NCBI GenBank assembly: GCA_051884875.1
Contig: JBJEWD010000020.1
Coordinates: 101,011-165,010, forward strand
Length of the DNA stretch: 64,000 nt
Reading direction: 5' to 3'
Source: Kiritimatiellia bacterium
GTDB taxonomy: Bacteria; Verrucomicrobiota; Kiritimatiellia; RFP12; UBA1067
How positions within the stretch are numbered: position 1 is the first letter of the stretch; the number at the start of each line of letters is the position of its first letter. This document shows, in pieces, positions 42,700 to 53,127 of the stretch. The position numbers and the translations under genes were made by a program. The notes beneath the pieces were generated by a model, which saw only the letters and a program-made list of their open reading frames with translations, had not been told where the DNA came from and searched no databases.

Positions 42700-44742
42700 T
42701 TACCTCCTGAATGTCAGTGTGCGGACGCGTAGATCCGCACCGGGTTCTGGGACCAGTTCAAGCACGAGAACATCCTCTCCCGCAACAGGTGAAACGGCAA
42801 GGCGCTGGTGCACGACTTCAAATTCGTCACGATTACGAACGTCAAAGGAGACGATTTCAGGTCCTTCCAAAGACGCTCGGCGCACGATCGCACGTCCCGT
42901 CCCCTTGGCAACAAGCTGCGCCTCCCTGAGGTCACGCTTAATCGTCACGCGATTCCACTTGAGCCATTTTCCACGGAACGCGCACTTCCAGCCGAGGACG
43001 CGGCCCGAAAGCTCGCCGCCGCACCCCCAGGCGCCTTCGGCCAGACCAAGATGCGGCGCGTCTTCGTTCACGGCCCTGAAGAGGTCGGGCAGGCGCATGT
43101 CGTTCCATTCGTCGGCGTTCATGACGTCAAGCGGCTCGCGCGTCGAGAGGCGGTTGTCGCGGCGCTTGGAGGGGATGAAGGCGAAGGAATCGACGTCGGC
43201 ATAGCCGCCCAGCTCTTTCGTCGCATAGCAGAAGATACCGTAGCGCGGGCCAAGCCAGTCGGCGAAGAAGTTGTAGGGAATCCCAAGCGGCGCGCCGACC
43301 GAGAGATAGTGAACGCCATCGAACGAGAACGAATAGCGCACCTCGAAACTGAACTCGGGAATCTCGGCCTTGAGGTAAATGGTCGTCGCCGTGCCGAGCG
43401 GTGTCTCGCCCAAGACGATCTTGTCCGCCCCGCCCCAGCGCGACTTCTCCCAGACCTGCTTCAGGACGCGCCGACCGTTCTCGAGGGTGACGCCGATGAA
43501 GGTGGCCTCCGACGAGAAAAGCCCCAACCCCGTCCAATCGCCCTCCTTCAGGTGCGAGACGTCCAGCCTGACGATCGCCCCGGAATCGGGATCCTGCGGC
43601 GGCTGGGTGAGCGTGTTGCGGGCGAAACGCCAGCATGCGGCGAGCTGGGTCGGCCTCAGTCGCAGATAGCCGGGACGATCCTGCAGCGACCAACCCGTGG
43701 CATCCGGCTTGTGGTTCCACTGCCAGACGGGCTTGAGCGCACCCGCGAAGTCATCCGAAGCCCATTCCGCGCGCGACTGCGCCGGCGCCGGCACGCGGAT
43801 ATTCGGCTTCCGTCCGGTGCGGCACGGATGGATCACCGGCCAGTCGTCCTCCCACGTGACGGGGAAGAGAAACGGCTCGCGCCCGTACTTGCCGCGATCC
43901 TGGAAGATGATCGTGTACCAATCGCCATCGGGCGTGGCGACGAGGCCGCCCTGGTGCAGCCAGCTCGCCTGGTAGGCAAGGTCGGTAAACAGCAGTTCCC
44001 GGTGTTCGTAGGGACCATAGATGTTCTTCGCCCGGAAGACGTGCTGGCCGCCCCACGTATTGTAGAAATAGTAGTAGCCGTTGCGCTTGTAGCCGTGCGA
44101 GCCTTCGCAGAAGCCCTCCTTGTCGATGACGAGCCGGGCGGGGGCGACGACTTTGGTGAGATCCTTGTCAAGTTCCGTCACGTAGAGCTTGCCCTGACCG
44201 TGGAAGACGTAGACGCGCCCGTCGTCGTCGAAAAAGAGGCCGGGATCGTAGAGTTTGTAGTCGATGGCGTTCATCGTCCACGGGCCGTCGATGGACTTCG
44301 CGCGGCTGACGAGGAACCTGCCGTTCAGGGGCGTATCCTGCTTCGCGTCCCATGGTTTGCCCTTCGCCCAGACATAGCAGGCCGAGTAGTACGTGCCGTC
44401 GTGGTACTTGAGCGTCGGCGCCCAGCTGCCGCGCCCGTAGGCGTTGTCGCACCCGTTGTTCGGGAGGTCGTAGTCCGCCTCGCCCATCAGGTCGTAGTTC
44501 GGGATCGCATGGGCAACCGGCTGCCAGTTGACGAGATCCTTCGAGTGGTAGATGGTGTTGCCCGGGAAGAAGTGGAACGTCGACTGCTGGTAGTAGAAGT
44601 CGTCCCCCACGCGCAGAATCTCCGAATCCGGCGCGTCGTTGTCGATGATCGGATTCGTGTAGGTGCCGTCGCCGTTGTCGCGGGCAAGAAGCGCACCGCT
44701 CGCGAGCAACGTCAGACCGAAGGCAAAACGCTTATTCCACAT
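42700..44742 (-). CDS. GH43 beta-xylosidase-like enzyme with a GH43_C2 (ConA-like) domain and a CBM6-like C-terminus
   Basis: YTNPIIDNDAPDSEILRVGDDFYY, SKDLVNWQ, FFDDDGRVYV and EGSHGYKRNGYYYF. The C-terminal beta-sandwich regions follow. Confidence 0.8.
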   Translation of the reverse strand: MWNKRFAFGLTLLASGALLARDNGDGTYTNPIIDNDAPDSEILRVGDDFYYQQSTFHFFPGNTIYHSKDLVNWQPVAHAIPNYDLMGEADYDLPNNGCDNAYGRGSWAPTLKYHDGTYYSACYVWAKGKPWDAKQDTPLNGRFLVSRAKSIDGPWTMNAIDYKLYDPGLFFDDDGRVYVFHGQGKLYVTELDKDLTKVVAPARLVIDKEGFCEGSHGYKRNGYYYFYNTWGGQHVFRAKNIYGPYEHRELLFTDLAYQASWLHQGGLVATPDGDWYTIIFQDRGKYGREPFLFPVTWEDDWPVIHPCRTGRKPNIRVPAPAQSRAEWASDDFAGALKPVWQWNHKPDATGWSLQDRPGYLRLRPTQLAACWRFARNTLTQPPQDPDSGAIVRLDVSHLKEGDWTGLGLFSSEATFIGVTLENGRRVLKQVWEKSRWGGADKIVLGETPLGTATTIYLKAEIPEFSFEVRYSFSFDGVHYLSVGAPLGIPYNFFADWLGPRYGIFCYATKELGGYADVDSFAFIPSKRRDNRLSTREPLDVMNADEWNDMRLPDLFRAVNEDAPHLGLAEGAWGCGGELSGRVLGWKCAFRGKWLKWNRVTIKRDLREAQLVAKGTGRAIVRRASLEGPEIVSFDVRNRDEFEVVHQRLAVSPVAGEDVLVLELVPEPGADLRVRTLTFRR

Positions 44743-47700
44743 GGTGATTTTCCTTGATTCGGTTGCGCGCGATCGAAAGGACCGTCAGCGAATACGGCGG
44801 CAGCTTCCGCGTGGCGTGCGGCGCGATCGTACCCTTCGTGAACGTCGGACGGACATCCGTCGCCGTGCGTTCGCCCGCAAAGCGTGCCTCGCGGACGGGC
44901 GAACCATCCGTGATCCCGAGCGCCGAAAGATCCAGCGTAAGCGGAATCTCGAATGCCGTCGTATTCACGAGCTTGACGATCGTCTCGTCGCCGTGCCGGA
45001 CGATGCTCGAGGCGAAGCGATTGCGAAAGCGCTTCACCTTCCCCGCGTCGTGTGCGGCGTCCGGCATCCCCGTCAGCGCAAGTTCGTGCGGCACGTACGT
45101 CTCGCCGGCGAAATTGCCGAACAGCCACTGCACGTAGTAGTCGGTGGTCAGGAACCGCGCGGTCGCGTCATAGTAGATTAGATCGGGCCGCCAGCGGCAG
45201 AAGCCCTTCTTGCCGAAAAGCGGCGCATAGCTCGCCATCGCCACCACGTCGCCGTTGCGTTCGAGATTGGCAAGGTGGAGCGCGCACGCGAGGGCCGTCT
45301 CCATATCGTTGACCATCTCCTTGCCGATGCGTTTGTGCGCGGCGTATTCGCCAACATAGACCTTCGGCCCGCGGCGGTCGTACGCGTCGTAGTAGTTCTG
45401 GTTGCCGTAGTACCAGCCGCAACCCACGTAATAGTGCTCGTCGACGAGTTCGACGCGCAGGTTCTTCGCCGTACGCCACCCCTCCTCATAGTCGCGACCG
45501 GCAAACGTGGCCCCCGCCGTGCCGATGATCCGGATGGACGGATCCCGCTCCTTCACCGCCCGCTGGAGACGCGCGAAGCCGCGCTCGAAGTAGTCGTTGA
45601 CGTCGTCCTCGTTGCCGATGCCGAGGTAGTTCATCTTGAACGGCGCGGGATGGCCCATATCGGCGCGCCGTCTCGCCCATTCGCTCGTCGCGGGATCGCC
45701 CTTCGCGAAGTCGACGAGATCGAGCGTATCGCGCACCCAGGCATCGAGTTCCGCGTCAGTCATGTACGTCTGCGGGTTCGGGCACGACACGCCCGCCGAG
45801 ATGACCGGCACCGGCTCCATGCCCACATCCTCGCAGAACTGGAAGTATTCGTAGAAGCCGAGCCGGTAGCTCTGGCGGCCGCCCCACATGTTGCCCTGTC
45901 CGCGCCGCGCCTCATACGGCCCGACGGTATCCTTCCAGCGGTACATGTGGGCGATGTCCGGGCCGTGCACGATACAGCCGCCGGGGAAACGGAGGAACTT
46001 CGGCTGCAGCGCGGCGATCGCCTTGGCGAGATCCTTTCTGAGACCGTGCCCCTTGAACGTATCCTCGGGCATGAGGGAGACGAGATCGAGGTCGAACGCC
46101 GTCGCGCCCGTCGCAATCAGGGCGAACTTAGCCTTCTCCACGGATGCCGCCGCCGTGAAGCGTCCCTCGATCCTGCGCCAGCCGTCCGTGCGCGGCGCGG
46201 CGGACGCGACCTCGGTCCACTTCGTCACCTTCCCCGACTGCGCGTCTCCCACGACGGCGATGAAATCCGTCCGGCCGCGCACCCAGGCGCTCACCGTATA
46301 GCCCGCACCCTTTTTTAGGCTGATGCCGTCCCAGCCGACGTTTTCGAGGAGAGGGCCCTTGTCCGCCCGCGCGCAGTGGACGTACTGCGCGTTGTGGACG
46401 TGGACGGGTTCCGCCGTACGGAACGTCACCTCCGCGCCCGCCGCCACGCGCCACGTCTCGCCGCCCGGACCGTGGCCGAAACCGCCGGGCACAAACTCGA
46501 AATCGCCGTTCTGGAGCTGCTCGGCGACGAGACCGCCATCCGCCGAATGGTTGATGTCCTCGAAGAAGCAGCCGACGAGCATCGGCGAAATGGCATACGG
46601 CGGCTTTTCCGGCGTGACCTTCAGCGCGAGCTGCGCCTGGACGGCCAGCGCACCGTATTCCCTCTCGTCGTTCTTGGCCTCGTCGATCGTCTCGCCCCAC
46701 GGCGCCAGCTGGCGCCATTCGCCGAATTCCGAACGGTACATATCAACCATGTCGCGCGTCACCTTGACAACCGCACCCGTCAGCGTTCGTCCGTCTACGG
46801 CAATCGCCTTCACGCGGCGGGCGTATTCCCTGTCGTAATCGGCGAGAGGGATCTCCTCGACCTGATGGGCCACGTGCGCATCGGTGCGGATTTTGTAGGC
46901 CTTCGACCGGGCGGCCTCCGTCACCCAGATGTCGAAGAGGCCGTCGTCGCGCAGCGCGACGACGGGTGCGACAAGTTTAGCCCCCTTCGCCACACCCTTG
47001 CCGACATGCGCGGGGATGCGTCCTTCCTCGACTTCAATCCAGTTCTCCCGTCCCCAGTTGCGGATGTTGTAGGCATTCCAGTTCCGCGCATGGCAGAGCG
47101 CGGCACGCGGCCCGACAAAGCCATGGAAGACGTGATAGAATCCCTCACGGTCGGTCACGACAAACGGCTTCATGAGCGATTTGTCGCCCCAACCGCCGAG
47201 ATTCGAAGCCATCGTTCGATCGTTCAGGTGGCGGATGAGCTTCCAATCCTCGGCACCTTCCTTGACGGCAAAGGAGAGGCCGCCGCGATCGACGGGCGTT
47301 TCGTAGGCCAGGGCAAGGATGTCCCCATCCCGCGCGTCCGTCGTCGGCGCGGAGAACTTCAGGTGCGGGATCGAGCCGTCCGCACCATACGTGAACTCCT
47401 CGAAGCACGCGCTCCGCTGGAATCCGCCGCCGCCGGGTGCCGTACCGGCATGGTAGAAGCAGTAGTTCTTCCCTTTGAAGGTAATCGAGCCGCCATGAAT
47501 CGTAAAGCTCTTCTCGGCGCAGTCAAAGATCCGGCCGCGATACGTCCAGGGTCCATGGATGGACTTCGCCGTCGAATACGCCCAGTGTTCGGGAACGCCG
47601 CCGGCGGCGTATTCGAGATAATAGGTATCACCGCGTTTGTAGACCCAGGGCGCTTCCTCGAAGTTCGTGTGCGGCTTGCCGTCGCGCATCTTATGGGGGC

Positions 47701-48358
47701 CGAAGGCGGACTCGTCATTGAGACCGGGCACCTCGAACCATCTTCCCTTGACGAGCTTGAGCTCCGGTCGCTCCGCCGCGATCATCGCCACACGCGCGTC
47801 ATCCAGCTCGATCATGTTTTTCTTGAGCGGCGCGTACCAGCACCCGTTGTTGCCCCAGAAGAGCCACGCCTGCCCGTCGTCGTCAATCATCACCGAGGGG
47901 TCGATATAGCCCCAGTCGCCGGGGATGAGGGCTTTTCCGATCGGATCCGTCCATGGGCCGAGGGGCGAATCCGCCACCGCTACGCCGATGCCGTGGACGC
48001 CTCCCGCCGCCATGTCGCCTACCGCCACGTACCAGTACCACTTGCCGTCGCGCGTGATGGCCTGGGAGGCCCATGCGTCATTGCCCTGCTTGGCCCATGA
48101 AAAGACTCCTGTATCCATCACGACGCCGTGATTCGTCCACGTCTTCATGTCCTTTGAGGAAAGCACCTGCCAGTTGGGCATCGTGAAGTAGGTGCCCGGC
48201 AGATCGTGACCGGTGAACACCCAGAGCGTATCGCCGTCAACCACAGGCGCGGGGTCGGGCGTATAGCGATCCGTTACACAGGGATTGGCGCCGATCAGCG
48301 TCACCTGCGCCGCCGCGAGAAGCCCTAACGTCATTTTCATGGTTGCATCACCTTTCAT
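44732..48358 (-). CDS. Multidomain GH43 + GH51 alpha-L-arabinofuranosidase fusion
   Basis: N-terminal GH43 (DPAPVVDGDTLWVFTGHD, DPSVMIDDDGQAWLFWGN, EAPWVYKRGDTYYLEY). C-terminal GH51 (ISPMLVGCFFEDINHS, FLRFPGGCIVHG, YLGIGNED, Alpha-L-AF_C-like tail). The start at 48358 is ATGA-coupled; an alternative ATG lies at 48340. Confidence 0.8.
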   Translation of the reverse strand: MKGDATMKMTLGLLAAAQVTLIGANPCVTDRYTPDPAPVVDGDTLWVFTGHDLPGTYFTMPNWQVLSSKDMKTWTNHGVVMDTGVFSWAKQGNDAWASQAITRDGKWYWYVAVGDMAAGGVHGIGVAVADSPLGPWTDPIGKALIPGDWGYIDPSVMIDDDGQAWLFWGNNGCWYAPLKKNMIELDDARVAMIAAERPELKLVKGRWFEVPGLNDESAFGPHKMRDGKPHTNFEEAPWVYKRGDTYYLEYAAGGVPEHWAYSTAKSIHGPWTYRGRIFDCAEKSFTIHGGSITFKGKNYCFYHAGTAPGGGGFQRSACFEEFTYGADGSIPHLKFSAPTTDARDGDILALAYETPVDRGGLSFAVKEGAEDWKLIRHLNDRTMASNLGGWGDKSLMKPFVVTDREGFYHVFHGFVGPRAALCHARNWNAYNIRNWGRENWIEVEEGRIPAHVGKGVAKGAKLVAPVVALRDDGLFDIWVTEAARSKAYKIRTDAHVAHQVEEIPLADYDREYARRVKAIAVDGRTLTGAVVKVTRDMVDMYRSEFGEWRQLAPWGETIDEAKNDEREYGALAVQAQLALKVTPEKPPYAISPMLVGCFFEDINHSADGGLVAEQLQNGDFEFVPGGFGHGPGGETWRVAAGAEVTFRTAEPVHVHNAQYVHCARADKGPLLENVGWDGISLKKGAGYTVSAWVRGRTDFIAVVGDAQSGKVTKWTEVASAAPRTDGWRRIEGRFTAAASVEKAKFALIATGATAFDLDLVSLMPEDTFKGHGLRKDLAKAIAALQPKFLRFPGGCIVHGPDIAHMYRWKDTVGPYEARRGQGNMWGGRQSYRLGFYEYFQFCEDVGMEPVPVISAGVSCPNPQTYMTDAELDAWVRDTLDLVDFAKGDPATSEWARRRADMGHPAPFKMNYLGIGNEDDVNDYFERGFARLQRAVKERDPSIRIIGTAGATFAGRDYEEGWRTAKNLRVELVDEHYYVGCGWYYGNQNYYDAYDRRGPKVYVGEYAAHKRIGKEMVNDMETALACALHLANLERNGDVVAMASYAPLFGKKGFCRWRPDLIYYDATARFLTTDYYVQWLFGNFAGETYVPHELALTGMPDAAHDAGKVKRFRNRFASSIVRHGDETIVKLVNTTAFEIPLTLDLSALGITDGSPVREARFAGERTATDVRPTFTKGTIAPHATRKLPPYSLTVLSIARNRIKENHHVE

Positions 48359-51300
48359 CTCAAGGCATTGGAGGTGGAATAGAGCCCGACGGACGAAACC
48401 GTCCCGCGTTTGAGCGCCTTGCCGAGTTTCACGCGCGCATCGCCGCGAAGCGCATACGCGAACTGAAGGCCGCCCGCCGCATCGACCGATGCGAAAAGCC
48501 GAATCGCGCCCGCCTCCTCCACGCGGCGCTCGACCAGGGTCGTCGCGCCGGAGGACGCGAAGCGGACGAGTCTGACGCACGGCTCGCCCGCGTCCGTGGC
48601 GCTTCGTCCGATGCCGTAGCCCCCGCCCTTCTCGTCGCGCACGACCAGCCCCGCGAAATCCTCGCGCGAATGCGTCCGGAAGGCAAGCGTCACCGACGCG
48701 GACACCGCGCCCTCGGGAAGATGCCGCAGGAGAAGACTGGGGTTGCCGTCTTCGCAGAGGGAGACGGGACGCGCGGGCAGGCAGAGACAGCTGCGGCCCC
48801 TGAAGGCGCTTTGCGCCCACCATTCGGGCGAAGGCGACCCCAGTTCATACCACGCCGCGTCCAGGATAGGCGAACTGAAATTGTCGACTTCCTTACGCTG
48901 CGCCGTCGTCAGTCTGAAGGTACGGAAGAACGCCGCGTGCGACTCATGCTCCTGTACCGTGATCAGCACTTTGTCCACGTCGACGAAGCCGCCCGTCGCC
49001 TTCGTGGCATAATTGAACACGGCAAATTTCGCGCCCATGAAGAACCGTCCGGTGTCGAAGTACATGCGCACGCGCTCCTTCGCCCAGTTCCAGTTCCTGC
49101 CATCCACACTCCATGCTACCGACGTCCAATCCTCGTTCGTCCGGAAATTGCCGTGCACCTTCAGCCAGACGACGCGGTTGGTCAGTTCGGCAGAGGAGAA
49201 CACGTTGACTTCCGCACGCGCGAAGAACTTCGATTCGGCGTGATGGAAATGCGGTATCTCGCGCGTCATCTTCACGTGAAACGCCGCGCCCTCACGCACG
49301 ACCTTGACGACGGCGCTTTCGGACTGGAGGGCCGCCAGACCCGCGACATCGCCATCGGCCATGCCACTCACGTCCAGCCGCATCACGGCTTCGCACTCGG
49401 GACCCGGCATCCGCTGGGTCAGCGTGTTGCGCGCCATGAACAGCGTGTCCGTCGTGCCGACGGTTTTGAGCCGCAGCCATCCGGGGCGCGCGGCGAGCGA
49501 ATAGGCGGAAGGGTCGGGATTGTGGTTGAACTCCCAGCGGCGGTCGAGCGTGGTGCCGCTGAAGTCATCGCTCGCAATGAGGCCGCGCAGATCCGCATAG
49601 GGCTTCGCCGGGTTGTTGGGCACCTCGCCCACGCGACCGCCGATTATCGGCCAATCGTCCTCCCAGGTCACCTGGAGGAGGCACGGGGTGCGGCCCACGC
49701 CCCCGCGATCCTGGAAGATGAGCGCATACCAGCGGCCGTCCGGAGCCTGGATGATGTCGCCCTGTCCGACGCCGGCATGGTCGTCGAACTCGGTTTCGAG
49801 GACGACCTTCTTCTCCCAATTGGTATTCGCCAGCGACGTCGAGCGGCAGCAGACCTGCCGGCGCGGATGGTTGGGGATATAGCCCGAGATCATCAGCGCG
49901 TAGTAGTACTTGCCGCGCTTGAACGCCCGCGTGCCTTCGAGAAGACCCGACTCCTCGGCGTCACGCGCCAGAATGCGATGATCCTGCCAACCGGGCGCAC
50001 GGTCGGTCAGATCGGCGTTCAGCTTCGAGATCCAGCCGTCGCCATGCAGGAGATAGGCGGCGCCGTCGTCATCGAAAAGCAGATCCGCATCGTGCATAAA
50101 TGCCGCGCGCTTCATCGTCCACGGACCTTCCGCCTTGTCCGCCGTGCAGAGGAACCCGCCGACGCCGTTCGCGATGAAATAGCAGTAGTAGCGCCCGTTG
50201 TGGTGCTTGAACGAAGTCGCCCACTGCCCGGCGGCGTAGCCGACGCGCTTCTCGGGATCCTGCAGCGAATACGCGGGGCCGCCGTCGAACGTCTCGTAAA
50301 GATGGGTGATGAGTTCCCAATGCTGCATATCCTTCGAGCGCATGATCGGCGCGCCGGGCACGAGGTGCATCGTAGTCGAGACCATGTAGACGTAATTCGA
50401 GTCGGCGCACAGCCCGACATCCGGCACGTCGGCGTAGATCACGGGATTGCGTACGTCGAGCGTAAACGGCACCGGCGCCTTCACGTGGGCGTCCCGCACC
50501 ATGCGCGTCGTACACGTCCAGACGACCGGCTCCGTCGCGACGCAGTTCGTGTGCGTGCCGAGGTATTTGCCGTTCGCGGCGTTGCGGAAGGTAAAGCCGC
50601 CGTCGACCGGGGCAATTTCCCAAAGACCGTCCTTCGGGCGGTCCTGCCCGTAGGCGTAATTCCAGTTCTCCCGCACCACGCCGCAGATATACCGCGTGTC
50701 ATCGGGGGTCACGCAGAGCGCGTCGCCGTTGCCCCAGTCGAGGTTCCCGTGACGCAACACGCCGTGATTGTCGTAATTGCGCAACCTGTAGTAGGTCTTT
50801 CCGTCCACCTGCAGCCTCTCGGCGCGGAAGAGTGCGGCGTAAATCGAATTGCGCGCAACGGGCATCGCCGGACCATAGCGGAAATCGTGTGAATTCCCCT
50901 GTGCCAGGGGTTGATGAAGTTCCCAGCCGTCCACCGAGAGGCGGAAGAGGTGCTGCGTCAGCGCGGCGACATCCTTCAAGACCACTTCCTCGCCGGACAG
51001 GAGCTTCGGCATGTTCGCATCGCGCTCGACGGGTGCGACCTTCTTCTCCTTCGCCCATTTCGCCCCGAGATCCCAGAACGCCTTGGCGCAGCATTCGGGA
51101 TTTCCTTCGTAGCCGACGTGCAGCTGACCCGTCTTCAGATACGCGCCGATGTCAAAGTAGAGGTCGATGCCGCCCGTCAGCGTCGAGATGTTGCCGAGGC
51201 GCTCGAGCAAGGAAAGATAGGCGTTGCCCCATTGGGAGGTGGAACCCGTGCCCCATGAACCCCAGTTGGCGGGGACATACTCGCCGAATTCGTTCTTTTT

Positions 51301-52254
51301 CCCCGCGCCGGGCTTTTCGGGCGACCAGTCTACCTCGGTCACCACGCACGGATAATCCAGGGCCACCGGCACCTGATGCAGGAAGTGCGCGAGAAACCGC
51401 TCGGGGTCGGCGGTCTGATCGTTCTGCGCATACCAGCCAGGATAGACATGGACGGCGAAGCCGTAGTTCTTCTGCGGGTCGCGGATGGGGTTGCTCAGGA
51501 ATCCCCGGAAATGCGACTGATAGCCGAAACCCGGCACGAGAATGATGCCGTTCCACCCGTTTTTGCGGATCGCATCGACCATCGGCTGCATATAATCCGT
51601 CACCGCCGGCTGGTCGGGAGTCCGGTGACCGTCGCGCGTCTCGACGTTCACGGGCTCGTTCTCAAGCTCGAAAAGAACTTTGCCCGACAGGGCCTTGAGG
51701 CGAGGATTCGCGGAAATTACCTCCCACTCGCGCACGAGATGGCGATTGTAGCCATCGCCGACGACGGTGTCGCCTTCGGTGTTGTAGCTGGGGCGGATGA
51801 TGACGTAAAGCCCTTCCGAGACAGCGATCTCCGCTGCCGGCACGAGCACCTTCTCGACATAGCGGTGATAACGCGCCCAGTCACACGCGACATAGGGACG
51901 CGTTTTCTCACCCGCCGCCTTGCGCAGATTGTCGTCGTGGCTCCAATAGGCATCATCTGTCAGACGAATCATGTTCAAATAGGAACCCTGCGAACGATCG
52001 GCGATGCCATGGCAGATCTTGCGCGTGTAGTCGAGACAGCGCGCAATCGCCGCGTCGTCCTGGCCATCTCCCCAGCGTCCGCCCGAAAAGAAGGGGCACA
52101 TCGAATGCATCGGCCCGATCAGGCGCACGCACTTCCCCTCGGAATCGACGAAATGGCGCCCCTCGACACGAATGGCAGCGACCTCTTCCTGCGCCATCAG
52201 CGCGGGGGACAGAAGCCCCATAAGGCAGACGGGTAAAAGCGTTTTGATCTTCAT
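48355..52254 (-). CDS. Multidomain GH5 + GH43 fusion with ConA-like accessory domains
   Basis: Signal peptide MKIKTLLPVCLMGLLSPALMA. GH5 motifs are FELENEP (acid/base) and VVTEVDW (nucleophile). GH43 motifs are VRNPVIYADVPD, LFDDDGAAYLLHG and EGTRAFKRGKYYYALM. GH43_C2-like domains follow. Confidence 0.8.
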   Translation of the reverse strand: MKIKTLLPVCLMGLLSPALMAQEEVAAIRVEGRHFVDSEGKCVRLIGPMHSMCPFFSGGRWGDGQDDAAIARCLDYTRKICHGIADRSQGSYLNMIRLTDDAYWSHDDNLRKAAGEKTRPYVACDWARYHRYVEKVLVPAAEIAVSEGLYVIIRPSYNTEGDTVVGDGYNRHLVREWEVISANPRLKALSGKVLFELENEPVNVETRDGHRTPDQPAVTDYMQPMVDAIRKNGWNGIILVPGFGYQSHFRGFLSNPIRDPQKNYGFAVHVYPGWYAQNDQTADPERFLAHFLHQVPVALDYPCVVTEVDWSPEKPGAGKKNEFGEYVPANWGSWGTGSTSQWGNAYLSLLERLGNISTLTGGIDLYFDIGAYLKTGQLHVGYEGNPECCAKAFWDLGAKWAKEKKVAPVERDANMPKLLSGEEVVLKDVAALTQHLFRLSVDGWELHQPLAQGNSHDFRYGPAMPVARNSIYAALFRAERLQVDGKTYYRLRNYDNHGVLRHGNLDWGNGDALCVTPDDTRYICGVVRENWNYAYGQDRPKDGLWEIAPVDGGFTFRNAANGKYLGTHTNCVATEPVVWTCTTRMVRDAHVKAPVPFTLDVRNPVIYADVPDVGLCADSNYVYMVSTTMHLVPGAPIMRSKDMQHWELITHLYETFDGGPAYSLQDPEKRVGYAAGQWATSFKHHNGRYYCYFIANGVGGFLCTADKAEGPWTMKRAAFMHDADLLFDDDGAAYLLHGDGWISKLNADLTDRAPGWQDHRILARDAEESGLLEGTRAFKRGKYYYALMISGYIPNHPRRQVCCRSTSLANTNWEKKVVLETEFDDHAGVGQGDIIQAPDGRWYALIFQDRGGVGRTPCLLQVTWEDDWPIIGGRVGEVPNNPAKPYADLRGLIASDDFSGTTLDRRWEFNHNPDPSAYSLAARPGWLRLKTVGTTDTLFMARNTLTQRMPGPECEAVMRLDVSGMADGDVAGLAALQSESAVVKVVREGAAFHVKMTREIPHFHHAESKFFARAEVNVFSSAELTNRVVWLKVHGNFRTNEDWTSVAWSVDGRNWNWAKERVRMYFDTGRFFMGAKFAVFNYATKATGGFVDVDKVLITVQEHESHAAFFRTFRLTTAQRKEVDNFSSPILDAAWYELGSPSPEWWAQSAFRGRSCLCLPARPVSLCEDGNPSLLLRHLPEGAVSASVTLAFRTHSREDFAGLVVRDEKGGGYGIGRSATDAGEPCVRLVRFASSGATTLVERRVEEAGAIRLFASVDAAGGLQFAYALRGDARVKLGKALKRGTVSSVGLYSTSNALR

Positions 52255-52415
52255 GCTGACATTCTACCGTTTCCCCTGTCCGCGCTCAACCACCCGAAAG
52301 GATGAACAAACTCACCACCAGGGTTCCTTAGGGGACAGTCCCTTTCCCTTGCCGGGCTTTTTTGTTTTACGTTCACACCGCAACACCGAAATCTGGTAAA
52401 CCCACGGCGTCAAGT

Positions 52416-52727
52416 TCATTGCGGCCTGACAATCTCAATCGTGAAGCTGGAAATGAAAGGAACAAGTCCATAGTACTGGTTGAGGGCCTGGCGGCATATG
52501 TGCGGTTCGTGCCGAGGTCGAGCGATGACAGGCGGGTACCGATGTTCGCGGTTAGGCTCATATGCGTAATACGCCGAGCCAGAGCCGCCGTACTGGAGGC
52601 GGCTCCTGAGGTCAGTCCCAGGAAGGTAGTGGTACGTGAACCAAACGCCAGCCATCTTGACCCGCTTCATGCAAGCCGTGTCCGCCTCGTACTCGACGAT
52701 GCTCTTGCGGGACATATGATTTAGCAC
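52416..52727 (-). pseudogene. Orphan fragment of a polymorphic-toxin/YD(RHS)-repeat-like protein (tentative)
   Basis: GTG-initiated ORF directly after the immunity candidate. YD-like periodicity (VEYEADT, FTYHYLPGTDL, AYYAYEPNR). The in-frame upstream codons read ICGCV, the same junction as in the 53117..53536 frame. No RBS. Confidence 0.3.
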
Positions 52728-52755
52728 GCATCCGCATATGGATGGACATTTGGTT

Positions 52756-53127
52756 CTATTTTCCGCGCATAATCTTTATTAAGTCAAAGCTTGGGGTGTC
52801 AGCCATTACCACCGTGAAACCACCTCCGAGAACCTTTCCGAAATTCTTACGCGAAGCAAAACCAACTTCCCAAACCCAATAAGATTCTACTATATTTGTA
52901 TTCTTGGATTTCCTACAAGTTCTATGATATGCTATATTGCAAACTTCTAAATCATTTTCACTATATTTATGCTCTTTAGACAGATAACTCTCTGCTTTTT
53001 GAACCACTTTGCCAAGTCCCAATGCATATTCACGTTTTGTTTCCGCCAATACCCTACTAGGTTGATTGGCAGTAATCACTGTTGCCAACATGGCGAAAAT
53101 ACAAGAGACGAAATGTTTACATTTCAT
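52756..53127 (-). CDS. Small exported protein, candidate immunity/inhibitor protein for the adjacent toxin-like domain
   Basis: The ATG at 53127 overlaps the end of the toxin-like ORF by 11 nt. Signal peptide MKCKHFVSCIFAMLATVITA. AT-rich codon usage is unlike the rest of the window. The helix plus beta-sheet layout (YWVWEVGF...GGGFTVVMAD) is reminiscent of PepSY/cystatin-like inhibitors; this is inference. Confidence 0.55.
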   Translation of the reverse strand: MKCKHFVSCIFAMLATVITANQPSRVLAETKREYALGLGKVVQKAESYLSKEHKYSENDLEVCNIAYHRTCRKSKNTNIVESYWVWEVGFASRKNFGKVLGGGFTVVMADTPSFDLIKIMRGK

